DNA of 64,000 nucleotides from a virus: IMG/VR virus record IMGVR_UViG_3300002026_000045, positions 32,001 to 96,000 of that record; one strand, written 5' to 3'. Under the pieces are notes generated by a model, which saw nothing but the letters and a program-made list of their open reading frames with translations, did not search any database and was not told where the DNA came from. The number at the start of each line of letters is the position of its first letter. Within the stretch, counting starts at the first letter, position 1. Both the position numbers and the translations under genes were made by a program. Shown here one piece after another: positions 55,345 to 63,984 of the stretch.

Positions 55345-56067
55345 TTAACGACGTTCCCGTCCCAATTCTTCAGTGCCACCAGCTGCTGCGTCTGCACCGC
55401 CAAATTCATCAGGAGGAGCCTCTGCGCCTAAATCATCCATGCCGCCATCATCTAATGCAGGGTCAGCAGGTACATCACCCATCTCACCACCTGGGACTGG
55501 ACCACCTGGCATTGGCATTGCTGCATCCTGTTCTCCAGTCAATGCACGGGCGCCACTGTCTAACGATTCGCGTCCTTGACCAAGCTGTTGAGACAATGTA
55601 GTTAACGCCATGCCTACAGAATTTTTAAATGCATCAGCTTGTGCGCTACCAATTTGGTCACGAATAGAGTCAATTAATGCTGGCAATTGCTCATTTTGCA
55701 TTTTGCCAACTTTCTCAATCATATCCTGCACTGTGTCAACCATGTCTTTTGCAGCTAAGATTGCCTCAGCCTGCCCTAACTCACCTTCTTTTAATTTACG
55801 ACGTGTTTGCTGCTCTTTATAAGCATCAATCCAACGCGACAGCCCTTCATATACAACAAGCATTTCTAAATACTTAGGATTTTTCTCTGCTGTATGTACT
55901 GCACTGCTATTGCGGATACTGGTAACAGTTTCATAAATTTTGCTTCTCATTGCCTGGGCTTTTGGCAAAGTAATTGAATTATAATCAATATTAACTCCGA
56001 ATCTAGATTCGGCAATTTTGTTAAGTTTTTGTAAAGATGGTTTGCGGATCATGTTTGATAATTTCAT
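55345..56067 (-). CDS. Putative prohead core/scaffold-like protein
   Basis: Helical, internal LKE site, acidic Gly/Pro tail ending LGRERR. Confidence 0.55.
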   Translation of the reverse strand: MKLSNMIRKPSLQKLNKIAESRFGVNIDYNSITLPKAQAMRSKIYETVTSIRNSSAVHTAEKNPKYLEMLVVYEGLSRWIDAYKEQQTRRKLKEGELGQAEAILAAKDMVDTVQDMIEKVGKMQNEQLPALIDSIRDQIGSAQADAFKNSVGMALTTLSQQLGQGRESLDSGARALTGEQDAAMPMPGGPVPGGEMGDVPADPALDDGGMDDLGAEAPPDEFGGADAAAGGTEELGRERR

Positions 56068-56077
56068 TGTCTATTCC

Positions 56078-56608
56078 TCAAGAGTTGACTTGTATATATT
56101 TAGCCGTTGTAATAATTTTTTCCAAATCTTTTTTAGCTGCGGCTAAATTACGTTTTGATTCGTCAAACCGACTTTGTAATAAGTCAATTCTAAAATTGTC
56201 ACGTTTCTCATGTGCAGCGTCTAATCGAGATCTAAAAATTGTTTTGTCTATGTCAAATTTTGACACACGCTGATCAATAGCATACATTGCATCTGCTTCC
56301 TTAATCATGCATCGATGCTTTAGTGCACAATAAAAAATTGCACTACGTTTGTCAGCAAATTCCTTATCACCAACTCTCCATACAGTTTGCGCTAATTTTT
56401 CAACCAAATACGTCGCGACCTTGTAACCGCCATTGCTAAGAGGCACTACAATAGGCAGTTTGCTTGATTGTTGTAAGTCAGTTAACTCAGCGTGAGCCCA
56501 GTTTACTACATACCGCAATCCTTCATCTACGATAGAGTTTAAAATCTTATCGGATTTTTTTCGCAAAGGTAAGTTTACCTTCACTGTTTTTGGTGCGTTT
56601 AAGGACAT
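56078..56608 (-). CDS. Hypothetical protein (start uncertain)
   Basis: C-terminal coiled coil. Confidence 0.55.
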   Translation of the reverse strand: MSLNAPKTVKVNLPLRKKSDKILNSIVDEGLRYVVNWAHAELTDLQQSSKLPIVVPLSNGGYKVATYLVEKLAQTVWRVGDKEFADKRSAIFYCALKHRCMIKEADAMYAIDQRVSKFDIDKTIFRSRLDAAHEKRDNFRIDLLQSRFDESKRNLAAAKKDLEKIITTAKYIQVNS

Positions 56609-56759
56609 CTTTAGTTACCAGGTTATTAGCCAGCAGTTGTTCCCTAGGATCTAGGTCTGCTTTAAGTATAACACCACCCTCGTTAAACTTACTAAGAATT
56701 GACGCTTCTTCGTTAGTTAAGGGGATGCTGATATTGTTAAGGAGTTCTACTATTTTCAT
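56547..56759 (-). CDS. Small late protein
   Basis: TAAATA 5 nt upstream; LTNEEA, REQ.LA..LV.KDVL.R. Confidence 0.6.
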   Translation of the reverse strand: MKIVELLNNISIPLTNEEASILSKFNEGGVILKADLDPREQLLANNLVTKDVLKRTKNSEGKLTFAKKIR

Positions 56760-56770
56760 TTAAATATTTA

Positions 56771-57205
56771 TCAAAATTTAAGTTGTTCAAAGTATATGTT
56801 TTTATGCGGCCCAGTGACAACAAAAATAGGCTGTGGTATAATTGTTGTCTCGTCTAACCCAGTGATGATTGGCACATTAATAAAATCGCTCTCTAATGTA
56901 CCATGTGAACTATTTTGATTTGCAAAAACTGCTTCCTGCTCTACGCCAAAGGTAAATGACCAAACTTTATGCTTGCCTTTATATGCTACACCAAAATTAG
57001 TTGTAGCAGTGTCAACTTCCTTCATATCTGGTGTGCTTAGTGTTATTAACTGTGCACGAAGACCTAATACCTGCACCAAAGTCTCCCAATTCCGTTGTTG
57101 ATGGCGGGCTTTGTTGTTTGCTATTCCAGATACCTCGTTGGTTTTAGTTATGTCGATCAACGTGTATCCTATAGAAAGACGCAATGTTGATGAAGAGTCG
57201 TTCAT
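56771..57205 (-). CDS. Conserved late hypothetical protein
   Basis: TLIDIT.T, QQRNWET..Q..GLRAQ, VPIITGLDET, NIYF. Confidence 0.65.
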   Translation of the reverse strand: MNDSSSTLRLSIGYTLIDITKTNEVSGIANNKARHQQRNWETLVQVLGLRAQLITLSTPDMKEVDTATTNFGVAYKGKHKVWSFTFGVEQEAVFANQNSSHGTLESDFINVPIITGLDETTIIPQPIFVVTGPHKNIYFEQLKF

Positions 57206-57236
57206 GCAGTATTTATAAACACGAGTTTTCAGTCAT

Positions 57237-57264
57237 AAAAATAGGGACCTAAGTCCCTATTTTT
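57237..57264 (-). terminator. Rho-independent terminator
   Basis: AAAAATAGGGAC-ttag-GTCCCTATTTTT. Confidence 0.85.
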
Positions 57265-57281
57265 AAGTTAAAATTTAACTA

Positions 57282-57644
57282 TTAAGCAAGTTTCAAGCCA
57301 CCAGCTGAAGTTACAGTTGTACCTGCACCTAAAACCAATACCATTGCTGCTTCTAAGTCAGCATCAACCCAGCCAGTTGCGTCAACAACAATGCTCAATT
57401 GTGCGTCATCAACTTGGTAAGCCAATGTAGATGCTGCGATTTGCAATGTGCGAATTGCTGTTTCAACTTTACCACCAACGCCCATCTCAGCTACCAACGA
57501 TGCTGGTGCTACGATTTTGTATGCGGTTGGGTGACGGCCAATACCATTGCTGATAATTTTACCAACTGAAGATACGCCATGAATGCTAATGTCATAATTA
57601 ACGATACCATTTGCATCGCCATTTACTCGTGCTACGTTTGCCAT
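57282..57644 (-). CDS. Small structural (possible capsid decoration) protein
   Basis: Late promoter, AGGAG RBS, own terminator, Ala/Gly/Val-rich. Confidence 0.6.
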   Translation of the reverse strand: MANVARVNGDANGIVNYDISIHGVSSVGKIISNGIGRHPTAYKIVAPASLVAEMGVGGKVETAIRTLQIAASTLAYQVDDAQLSIVVDATGWVDADLEAAMVLVLGAGTTVTSAGGLKLA

Positions 57645-57723
57645 TTTAAATACTCCTAATAATGTTACAAGACACTTTGTTCCTGCATATATTTATTTAT
57701 ACAGGTTGCTAAAAATTAGCAAA

Positions 57724-58113
57724 TTACTTGCTGTGATCCTTTTGCGACCAAAACTGTTTCCCCATGCTTGTCTGTAACTTAGAAGGGGCAATGTCGTTAC
57801 CTAATTCACGTGCCATTTTATACATTTCAGTTGCAATACCTTTTCTGCGATGAGCTGGCTGTATAGACAAGTCCAATGCTTCCAACTTGCCATCGTGCAC
57901 TTCAAAGTTTACCCAGCCACACTCTACACCTTTTTCTGTGCGGGCAGTAATACGAAACTGGTCGCTCTTATGTGAGTTTTTAGAGCCATACGACACATAC
58001 CCAGCAGTGGCAGTTAACGTATAAGCACCATTCAAGATAGGTTTCTTTTGATTAAAGTCTGTGTAAAAGACTTTATCATTTACTTTTTCATCTACAATTT
58101 CAGTTGCTCGCAT
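57724..58113 (-). CDS. GNAT acetyltransferase, capsid-targeted
   Basis: MRATEIVDE; IQPAHRRKGIATEMY; QT..GK.FW. Confidence 0.85.
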   Translation of the reverse strand: MRATEIVDEKVNDKVFYTDFNQKKPILNGAYTLTATAGYVSYGSKNSHKSDQFRITARTEKGVECGWVNFEVHDGKLEALDLSIQPAHRRKGIATEMYKMARELGNDIAPSKLQTSMGKQFWSQKDHSK

Positions 58114-58114
58114 A

Positions 58115-58525
58115 TTATTTTTTAGAACTTATCAATGATTGCAAGATAAACATTAAAAATCTCCCTAGATTTAACGCTAAGTTTTTTAACGCATTATCTC
58201 TGTCACGCTGCGGTATACTACGCCATCTTTCAACAAACGCCCTAGCAAAATAAGTTAAATATGGTACTATTTTTTCAATGACAGTTCGATTAGCTTCTGC
58301 CGCCTCCGCCGCCAATCGTTTAGCACGTTCACCTTCCATAAATTTTGCAACTAGTATTGCAGCAACATCATCTGGTAAATTTGTTGGTGCTCTTTTTCGT
58401 GCCATCTCAATATCCATCGGCCTTGGTTTTGGCACATTTAAAAAATCATCTATTTTTTTAAATATATAATCGCCTAACCCTTCTGAGATAATCTCAGACT
58501 CATTAATAAATTCTATTGATTTCAT
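58115..58525 (-). CDS. Capsid-targeted helical protein
   Basis: Start re-assigned to MKSIEFINESEIISE (58525). Confidence 0.6.
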   Translation of the reverse strand: MKSIEFINESEIISEGLGDYIFKKIDDFLNVPKPRPMDIEMARKRAPTNLPDDVAAILVAKFMEGERAKRLAAEAAEANRTVIEKIVPYLTYFARAFVERWRSIPQRDRDNALKNLALNLGRFLMFILQSLISSKK

Positions 58526-58526
58526 T

Positions 58527-60194
58527 TTATTTCTCCGCAAACCAAGGATCAACAATCACTAACTGACCGTTACTGCGTTGCATTACATTTTCTGTATGTA
58601 AATCCCACCACATGTCATTAATTTTACCTGTTGCAAAAAGCATTTGCATCACATTAAATAAAATACCATAAGTGGAGTTAAACTTAGGATTAGTTGCCAT
58701 TTTCTTAATAACAGTCCCAAAGTCATCGAGTTCTATACCAGGAAAATCATTCCAAAATGGTGACCACGACATTCTCGAAACTGCATTTTCCCATCTGTCT
58801 ATAGTATCATCAGCTGCCAAGTCTGATAACGCCCACACTAGTTTCTCTTCAATTGACCCACTTTTAATATGTGATAGCCGTTCCATTGCAATCTGCCTAT
58901 ATTGTGTGTTCCCAATTGTGAACGGTGCATGGTGTAATCCCTGCACCTCTCTAAATTTTGGCAAGCATGGGACATTTTGATGAGCCATGCAAAACTCGTA
59001 AAATCCTAGGAAAATACGCTCTGCTTCACCTACTGATGGATCGTTGGGCATGAGTATCTTAATAACTGTTGCTTCGTCCTTGGCCCACACTGTAGCATCA
59101 GCACCGCTGCCCAATTTTTTATATCCTAGCGCCTTAAGTTTAGCGTATATTATTTTTGCATTTGGAGTACCAACCTCTGATTCGTCAACAGGCTCTTCTT
59201 TCATTAGGTGCTCTGCATCACCTCTTTTCCGCCATGATCTCCACATGTTTCTACCATCAGGTAATTGATGCCCACTGGGTTCAATAGTATTGCCTAACAT
59301 TCTAGCATACGCATACATAGTAGACGCTATACCTTGCCGTTGATAGAGCGGGTCAACAGAGGTTAATGCACTGATCAATGATTCTCCGTATGCAGAGTAA
59401 AACTGAGCTTCACCAACTTTGGTTTCTCCGTCAAAGCATCGCACAATAAGTTGCGGTGTTTTGCTATAACCAGCAACTTGCATGTGGGCCGTATATCGAT
59501 AATCCCCAATCTCCTGCTCGTCCTTAAATCGTGGATCAAGAATGTCAGGGTTAATTTCTTCCTTCATTAACTTAGTAACACGCGGTTTAAACAACTGCAC
59601 ATCGCCTTTGTTTGTTTTTAACACTGGCTGATTGTGCTTATCTTTCTTAAAGCCTTTGATCTCTGCGGGAGAGTTTTTAAACTTGCCCTTGAGAATTTTA
59701 TCCCCAACTTCAAGTGATGGAGGCTGATAGGTTTCACTCTCAGCAACACCTAGTGTTTTGTTATCCCAATGTTTATCCCATGCTTTACCAACTAAGTCTT
59801 CTTCTTTAGCCCAAGTGCCCAATGGTTTCCACCCTGCAGATGGCCCATACCGCTTTTCATTTTCGTTTGGTTCTTTGTCGCGATGATATTTGTATGCTTG
59901 CACAACTTTAGTGCCACCATACGAGAATGTAAACTCTACCATAATTAGTGGACGAATTTTTCCTTCAGCAGTTCTATGTATTTCAGGAAAAAACGAGAAT
60001 ACATCAACCTTAGTAAACCCAACACTTGACACTCCATGCTTATAAGCGTGGTGATAGTTGCGATACTCTTGGAACCACGGATGTTTAATTAAGGAATTCA
60101 TTTTGCCTTTTCCTAGCAATTTCTGTAACTCTTGGTCAGTACATTGCGTCATTGGCTTCTCAGCACCTTCAGTAATAAATTGTTTTGATCTCAT
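58527..60194 (-). CDS. Multidomain internal protein: unknown + SH3/KOW-like + GNAT + T7 gp0.7-like kinase
   Basis: MRSKQFITE; VDPLYQRQGIASTMY; LGSGADA.V, VIKI, DLHTENVM, IVDPW. Confidence 0.8.
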   Translation of the reverse strand: MRSKQFITEGAEKPMTQCTDQELQKLLGKGKMNSLIKHPWFQEYRNYHHAYKHGVSSVGFTKVDVFSFFPEIHRTAEGKIRPLIMVEFTFSYGGTKVVQAYKYHRDKEPNENEKRYGPSAGWKPLGTWAKEEDLVGKAWDKHWDNKTLGVAESETYQPPSLEVGDKILKGKFKNSPAEIKGFKKDKHNQPVLKTNKGDVQLFKPRVTKLMKEEINPDILDPRFKDEQEIGDYRYTAHMQVAGYSKTPQLIVRCFDGETKVGEAQFYSAYGESLISALTSVDPLYQRQGIASTMYAYARMLGNTIEPSGHQLPDGRNMWRSWRKRGDAEHLMKEEPVDESEVGTPNAKIIYAKLKALGYKKLGSGADATVWAKDEATVIKILMPNDPSVGEAERIFLGFYEFCMAHQNVPCLPKFREVQGLHHAPFTIGNTQYRQIAMERLSHIKSGSIEEKLVWALSDLAADDTIDRWENAVSRMSWSPFWNDFPGIELDDFGTVIKKMATNPKFNSTYGILFNVMQMLFATGKINDMWWDLHTENVMQRSNGQLVIVDPWFAEK

Positions 60195-60904
60195 TCAATC
60201 CACCTTGCTAGCATTGATGTTCTCCATAATCCACCTATTGGGCTATAACTGTTGTGATACACGTCAATACTGTTTTTAATTGTAGCTGCTAACTCTTGCT
60301 TAGTGACCTTCAACGGAAAGATAAACCAATGCTTGTCTTTGAACTTCCCTTGATAATCGCACCCAATTGACATAAGGTCGTTAACAATCTTGCCCACTTT
60401 GTCATTATGCTTCTTTTTAACTGCTGGGCTTTCCTGTGGCTTAGGGTCAGTAAAGTGCCAATCGCCAATTTCTAATGCTCCTACTACTTCACACCCTGGG
60501 ATCTTAGATAAACTAACCCAGTTCCGCCTACCGTCTGGAGTCTGTGAGCTACCAGATTGTAAATTCATGCGTTTAACTGTCAATGCAATACCGTAAAGTG
60601 CTTTAGCAAGTCCACGCCCACGGTAATCTTCGTCTACTGTAATAACACCAACTGAATAAGTGTTAGGTAGAAAAAAGTTACGAACTTTATGCAAAATCAA
60701 CTTACCAACAACTTTATTCGTGTCAACAATGTAAATTGTAAGATCCCCATGCATATTACTGTAAAAACCATATACTAAACCACTCCCACCTGGAAGCGGG
60801 TATGTTTTAGTAGGCTTCCCATCATGCCGTAAACTTTGCTTGCCACCCTCATAATCGTACGAGTTTAATCGCTCTATTTCTGTAATAAATTGAGTTGAAA
60901 GCAT
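60191..60904 (-). CDS. GNAT acetyltransferase, capsid-targeted
   Basis: MLSTQFITE; VDEDYRGRGLAKALY; QTPDGRRNW. Confidence 0.85.
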   Translation of the reverse strand: MLSTQFITEIERLNSYDYEGGKQSLRHDGKPTKTYPLPGGSGLVYGFYSNMHGDLTIYIVDTNKVVGKLILHKVRNFFLPNTYSVGVITVDEDYRGRGLAKALYGIALTVKRMNLQSGSSQTPDGRRNWVSLSKIPGCEVVGALEIGDWHFTDPKPQESPAVKKKHNDKVGKIVNDLMSIGCDYQGKFKDKHWFIFPLKVTKQELAATIKNSIDVYHNSYSPIGGLWRTSMLARWIE

Positions 60905-60905
60905 C

Positions 60906-61352
60906 CTATACCTTTATAATAGAAAAATAATCATCAGATGATCCATGATCAGTAATGACTGAATGTGTATACCCTGGAACTTTGATTTTAGACAGCATAC
61001 GCTTATACAACTTTGTTCTATTACCGTCTGCTTTGTGCGAGCTAAATGTAATTTCGTCAGGTGAAAATCGAGCAATAAGCTCATTGATTGACGCTATAGC
61101 AAATGAAAACACTTGCATTTCTCCACCGCTGCCAGTTTTAGCAAAAGTAGCGCCAGGATGATCTTTAGCTTTTTCTGAAAAATCAACTTCCCAAATTGTC
61201 CTGCCATTGTTATCACTATAACTAGCACAATTTACAGTTATAAACCTACCATTTATTTCTGCTCGTGTCGTAAACAAGTCGCTACTAGAGCGAACAATTT
61301 GCATTGGTACTTGACTTGAAAACGACTCTAATATAAATTCAAGTGATCTCAT
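60906..61352 (-). CDS. Capsid-targeted hypothetical protein
   Basis: MRSLEFILE; TG.G....VF, R.KLY.RM. Confidence 0.65.
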   Translation of the reverse strand: MRSLEFILESFSSQVPMQIVRSSSDLFTTRAEINGRFITVNCASYSDNNGRTIWEVDFSEKAKDHPGATFAKTGSGGEMQVFSFAIASINELIARFSPDEITFSSHKADGNRTKLYKRMLSKIKVPGYTHSVITDHGSSDDYFSIIKV

Positions 61353-61963
61353 TGCATTGCCTGCGTTAATATTTCAATGTAATCATAAGTTTTTACTTGA
61401 AGTAAGTAGTATTTTTCACATTTAACCATTATTTCATGCTGTGCGTTAATTGCTGCTTGAAGGTCAGTAACACGAAAATCGCCATCTTCTAAAATTTTAA
61501 TTATAGCTGGTGCTCGCTCACTTGAGTCAAGAGGAATATCTTTTACTCTTGGTACTGCGTCAGTTAAATCTTTGATTTTAGGAGACCAACAAAAAGAAAA
61601 ATTACCAATGGGAACAAACCGATGTAAATCACCATACGATCCTGCAGACTTAAAGTTACCAGAACAAAATGCAACTCTATCGCTTCTAAATGCAATACCA
61701 AATTTTTGTTTAAACCAAGCATCAACGACTTGCTGATCTGGCTTGTAAGAGTCCAATGGCTCTCTATATGATCTAGTAGTCCCTATTTTAACACGCGGAG
61801 TTACTTCAAATAAAGGAGTACCATAGCCAACACCTCGGTACAAAGAGTCAGAGGACCCTCGCATCTCTGTCAAAAACGGCTGGCAATGTTGTTTCAACAT
61901 TACTGCTATCTCGTTGATTTGGTCGTCCAACCTATTTTCAAGTAAAATCTCATTTATTCTCAT
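61349..61963 (-). CDS. Capsid-targeted protein, possible ART fold; paralog of 1733..2338
   Basis: MRINEILLE; LYRG, FCSG...A..YG, HEIM. Confidence 0.5.
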   Translation of the reverse strand: MRINEILLENRLDDQINEIAVMLKQHCQPFLTEMRGSSDSLYRGVGYGTPLFEVTPRVKIGTTRSYREPLDSYKPDQQVVDAWFKQKFGIAFRSDRVAFCSGNFKSAGSYGDLHRFVPIGNFSFCWSPKIKDLTDAVPRVKDIPLDSSERAPAIIKILEDGDFRVTDLQAAINAQHEIMVKCEKYYLLQVKTYDYIEILTQAMQ

Positions 61964-61982
61964 CGAGTATTTATTACAGATA

Positions 61983-62008
61983 AGAAAAGCGACAAAAGTC
62001 GCTTTTCT
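61983..62008 (-). terminator. Rho-independent terminator
   Basis: AGAAAAGCGAC-tttt-GTCGCTTTTCT. Confidence 0.8.
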
Positions 62009-62027
62009 AAGTTCAATCTATTGGTTC

Positions 62028-62489
62028 TTAGAACGAATATTTTGCACCAATGGACACTGTGTTTCCACTGTATTCAGTGACACGTTGTTGACCAATCTTA
62101 TAAGCATAATCTGCCACTAAGCTGACTTGCTTAGTAATAGGCAACGATGCCCCAACGCCTACTGTCAATGCATAACCGTTAACGCCAACAGTTGGATCAA
62201 TAAATGAGCCGCCAACTTTAGCTGCAAACGTAGTGCCATACCCGGTAGCGACTGGGTAAGACCCAGTTAACGAGTATTCGCTAACTGATGTAGCACCAAC
62301 CATTGCGCGGTCGTATGCAAGTTCAGCGCCAAAAGCACCAAGCTTAGTGCCCAACGTTACACCAGTTGCAGTGATGCCAGCATTGTTTGGCTCATGACCG
62401 CCGCTGCGGCTAACGCGAAGCCCAATGTCTGTTGCTGATGCTGCCATTGTAGCAGTAGCCAATAATGCAATAATTGCTAATTTCTTCAT
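62028..62489 (-). CDS. Outer-membrane beta-barrel protein (8-stranded, OmpA/OmpW-like)
   Basis: Sec signal MKKLAIIALLATATMAASA; amphipathic strands; C-terminal GAKYSF beta-signal. Confidence 0.85.
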   Translation of the reverse strand: MKKLAIIALLATATMAASATDIGLRVSRSGGHEPNNAGITATGVTLGTKLGAFGAELAYDRAMVGATSVSEYSLTGSYPVATGYGTTFAAKVGGSFIDPTVGVNGYALTVGVGASLPITKQVSLVADYAYKIGQQRVTEYSGNTVSIGAKYSF

Positions 62490-62577
62490 AAGTTTTCCTT
62501 TGTTTTAAAATAAGCTCCTTAAAGAAGCCAGAATAATATTTACCTCACCAAACTGGTTTAGTTATATTATGTTATCG

Positions 62578-62601
62578 AAAAAGATAGGGCCGAAGCCCTA
62601 T
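62578..62601 (-). terminator. Terminator closing tmRNA transcript
   Basis: ATAGGGC-TTCG-GCCCTAT-CTTTTT. Confidence 0.85.
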
Positions 62602-63010
62602 ACTTTTGATTATGTTGGTTTACAAGGCCTTTTCTGCCCCGCTGGTTTCGCTGTTTAGGCGAAAGCTGCTTCAGTTGCAGCAACTTTGGAACCGCCGAAA
62701 CGGAAGCCTTTAGCTACTGTCATCTTCACACCAGATGTTACATTTGCGTTTGCATTTGCTTTGGTTTTGCTTTTTCGACTAGGTTACCCCAATCCTACGG
62801 CTTTCACATTGCCGAGCGATAAAATCCGTACTTAGTGTTTGGGCGATTCCGGATGTGCCCCATCAAAAACACACTGCCAATTAGTCTTTCGACATTATCT
62901 GAAACGACCTGGCATATGACCCCCAGGCTCAATGTGTTGTTGGTGGAGCACAGGAGATTCGAACTCCTTTGTCAACCACTGTTCTCTATTTTACTTTACG
63001 CTGTTACTAA
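62602..63010 (-). ncRNA. ssrA: Circularly permuted (two-piece) tmRNA
   Basis: T-arm AGGAG-TTCGAAT-CTCCT + GTGCTCC-A-CCA ending 62941 precedes 5' strand GGGGCAC (62861-62855; G3.U70); tag ORF 62759-62655; adjacent smpB. Confidence 0.88.
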
Positions 63011-63014
63011 CTAT

Positions 63015-63440
63015 TTATGCTATCTTTTGGCTCTTCACAATTCTTCTGTTATCTAGGTCAATATCACGATTCTTTGTTGTCTCGCGTTTATCATATTCCT
63101 TTTTGCCTCGGGCAACCCCAATTGACAATTTAAACTTGCCGTTCTTTTGGTAAATACGTAACGGAACTAAGGTTAACCCTTTCTCTTTCACTTTACCAAC
63201 TAACCGTGCAATTTCTTTCTTATGCAGCAACAACGTTCGTGACCGTTGCATGTCATTATCTGACGACCCAATGTTTGCCCCAACTAATATTACTACATCG
63301 TCTTTAATTATACAATGCGATCCTGCGATAGAGCAAGAGTTCTGAGCAATCGCTTTAACTTCCCAAGCCTCAAGTTTCATGCCGCTCTCATATTCTTCAA
63401 TAATTTCATAATCAAAAAATGCTTTTTTATTGGATATCAT
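63015..63440 (-). CDS. smpB: SsrA-binding protein
   Basis: NKKAFFDYEI.E..E.G..L..WEVKA, R.LLLHKKEI, GLTLVPL, GKKEYDKRET; start probably ATG 63440. Confidence 0.95.
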   Translation of the reverse strand: MISNKKAFFDYEIIEEYESGMKLEAWEVKAIAQNSCSIAGSHCIIKDDVVILVGANIGSSDNDMQRSRTLLLHKKEIARLVGKVKEKGLTLVPLRIYQKNGKFKLSIGVARGKKEYDKRETTKNRDIDLDNRRIVKSQKIA

Positions 63441-63483
63441 GCAGTATGATAACACGGTCAAAGCCCACCTGCAACTATTTTGA

Positions 63484-63984
63484 TTAAGTAGTGGTCAATT
63501 TCTTCCACCCAACATACAGACCAAGAGTGCCAGTTAGTAAAGCAATCAATTTAGTTAAATTTTCAAGGAATGAGCTACTATTCACCACAACTGTCTTGCT
63601 TTGAATTTCCCCTGCCTCGTTGTACACTAAAGTAACTGTCTCATTTTTAGTTGCTGCAACTGCTGACGTCATAACTGCGTCAGTAACTTTTTTGGCCACT
63701 TTAGACATAGTATACACAGGCTTAGAAGCTGGGGGTACACTAGTTATTGGTCTTGCCTTAATATCCCCACCGTAAGTTAAGGTACCAATTGTTGTTTCAT
63801 CCAATGGCATAAATGCAAAAGCTGGTGGTACTGACGACATTCCCGGAGTACGATCACGGATAGCTTCTTCTGCTAAGTTAACAGGAACCTCTGTCACTAC
63901 TGGAGGTTCTGACATAACAGGCATCGTAACTGAGGCACACCCTGCCAATACAGTTACATAGCTAAGTAATAAAATTTTAATCAT
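63484..63984 (-). CDS. Lipoprotein with C-terminal hydrophobic helix
   Basis: Lipobox LAGC; C-terminal LIALLTGTLGLYVGW. Confidence 0.65.
   Translation of the reverse strand: MIKILLLSYVTVLAGCASVTMPVMSEPPVVTEVPVNLAEEAIRDRTPGMSSVPPAFAFMPLDETTIGTLTYGGDIKARPITSVPPASKPVYTMSKVAKKVTDAVMTSAVAATKNETVTLVYNEAGEIQSKTVVVNSSSFLENLTKLIALLTGTLGLYVGWKKLTTT

Noticed and set aside
62941-62968. Stand-alone tRNA gene or attachment site
   Set aside because: No D/anticodon arms upstream; its pairing 5' strand lies downstream, as in a permuted tmRNA; no integrase nearby
62835-63153. Plus-strand ORFs of 73 aa
   Set aside because: Antisense to tmRNA and smpB
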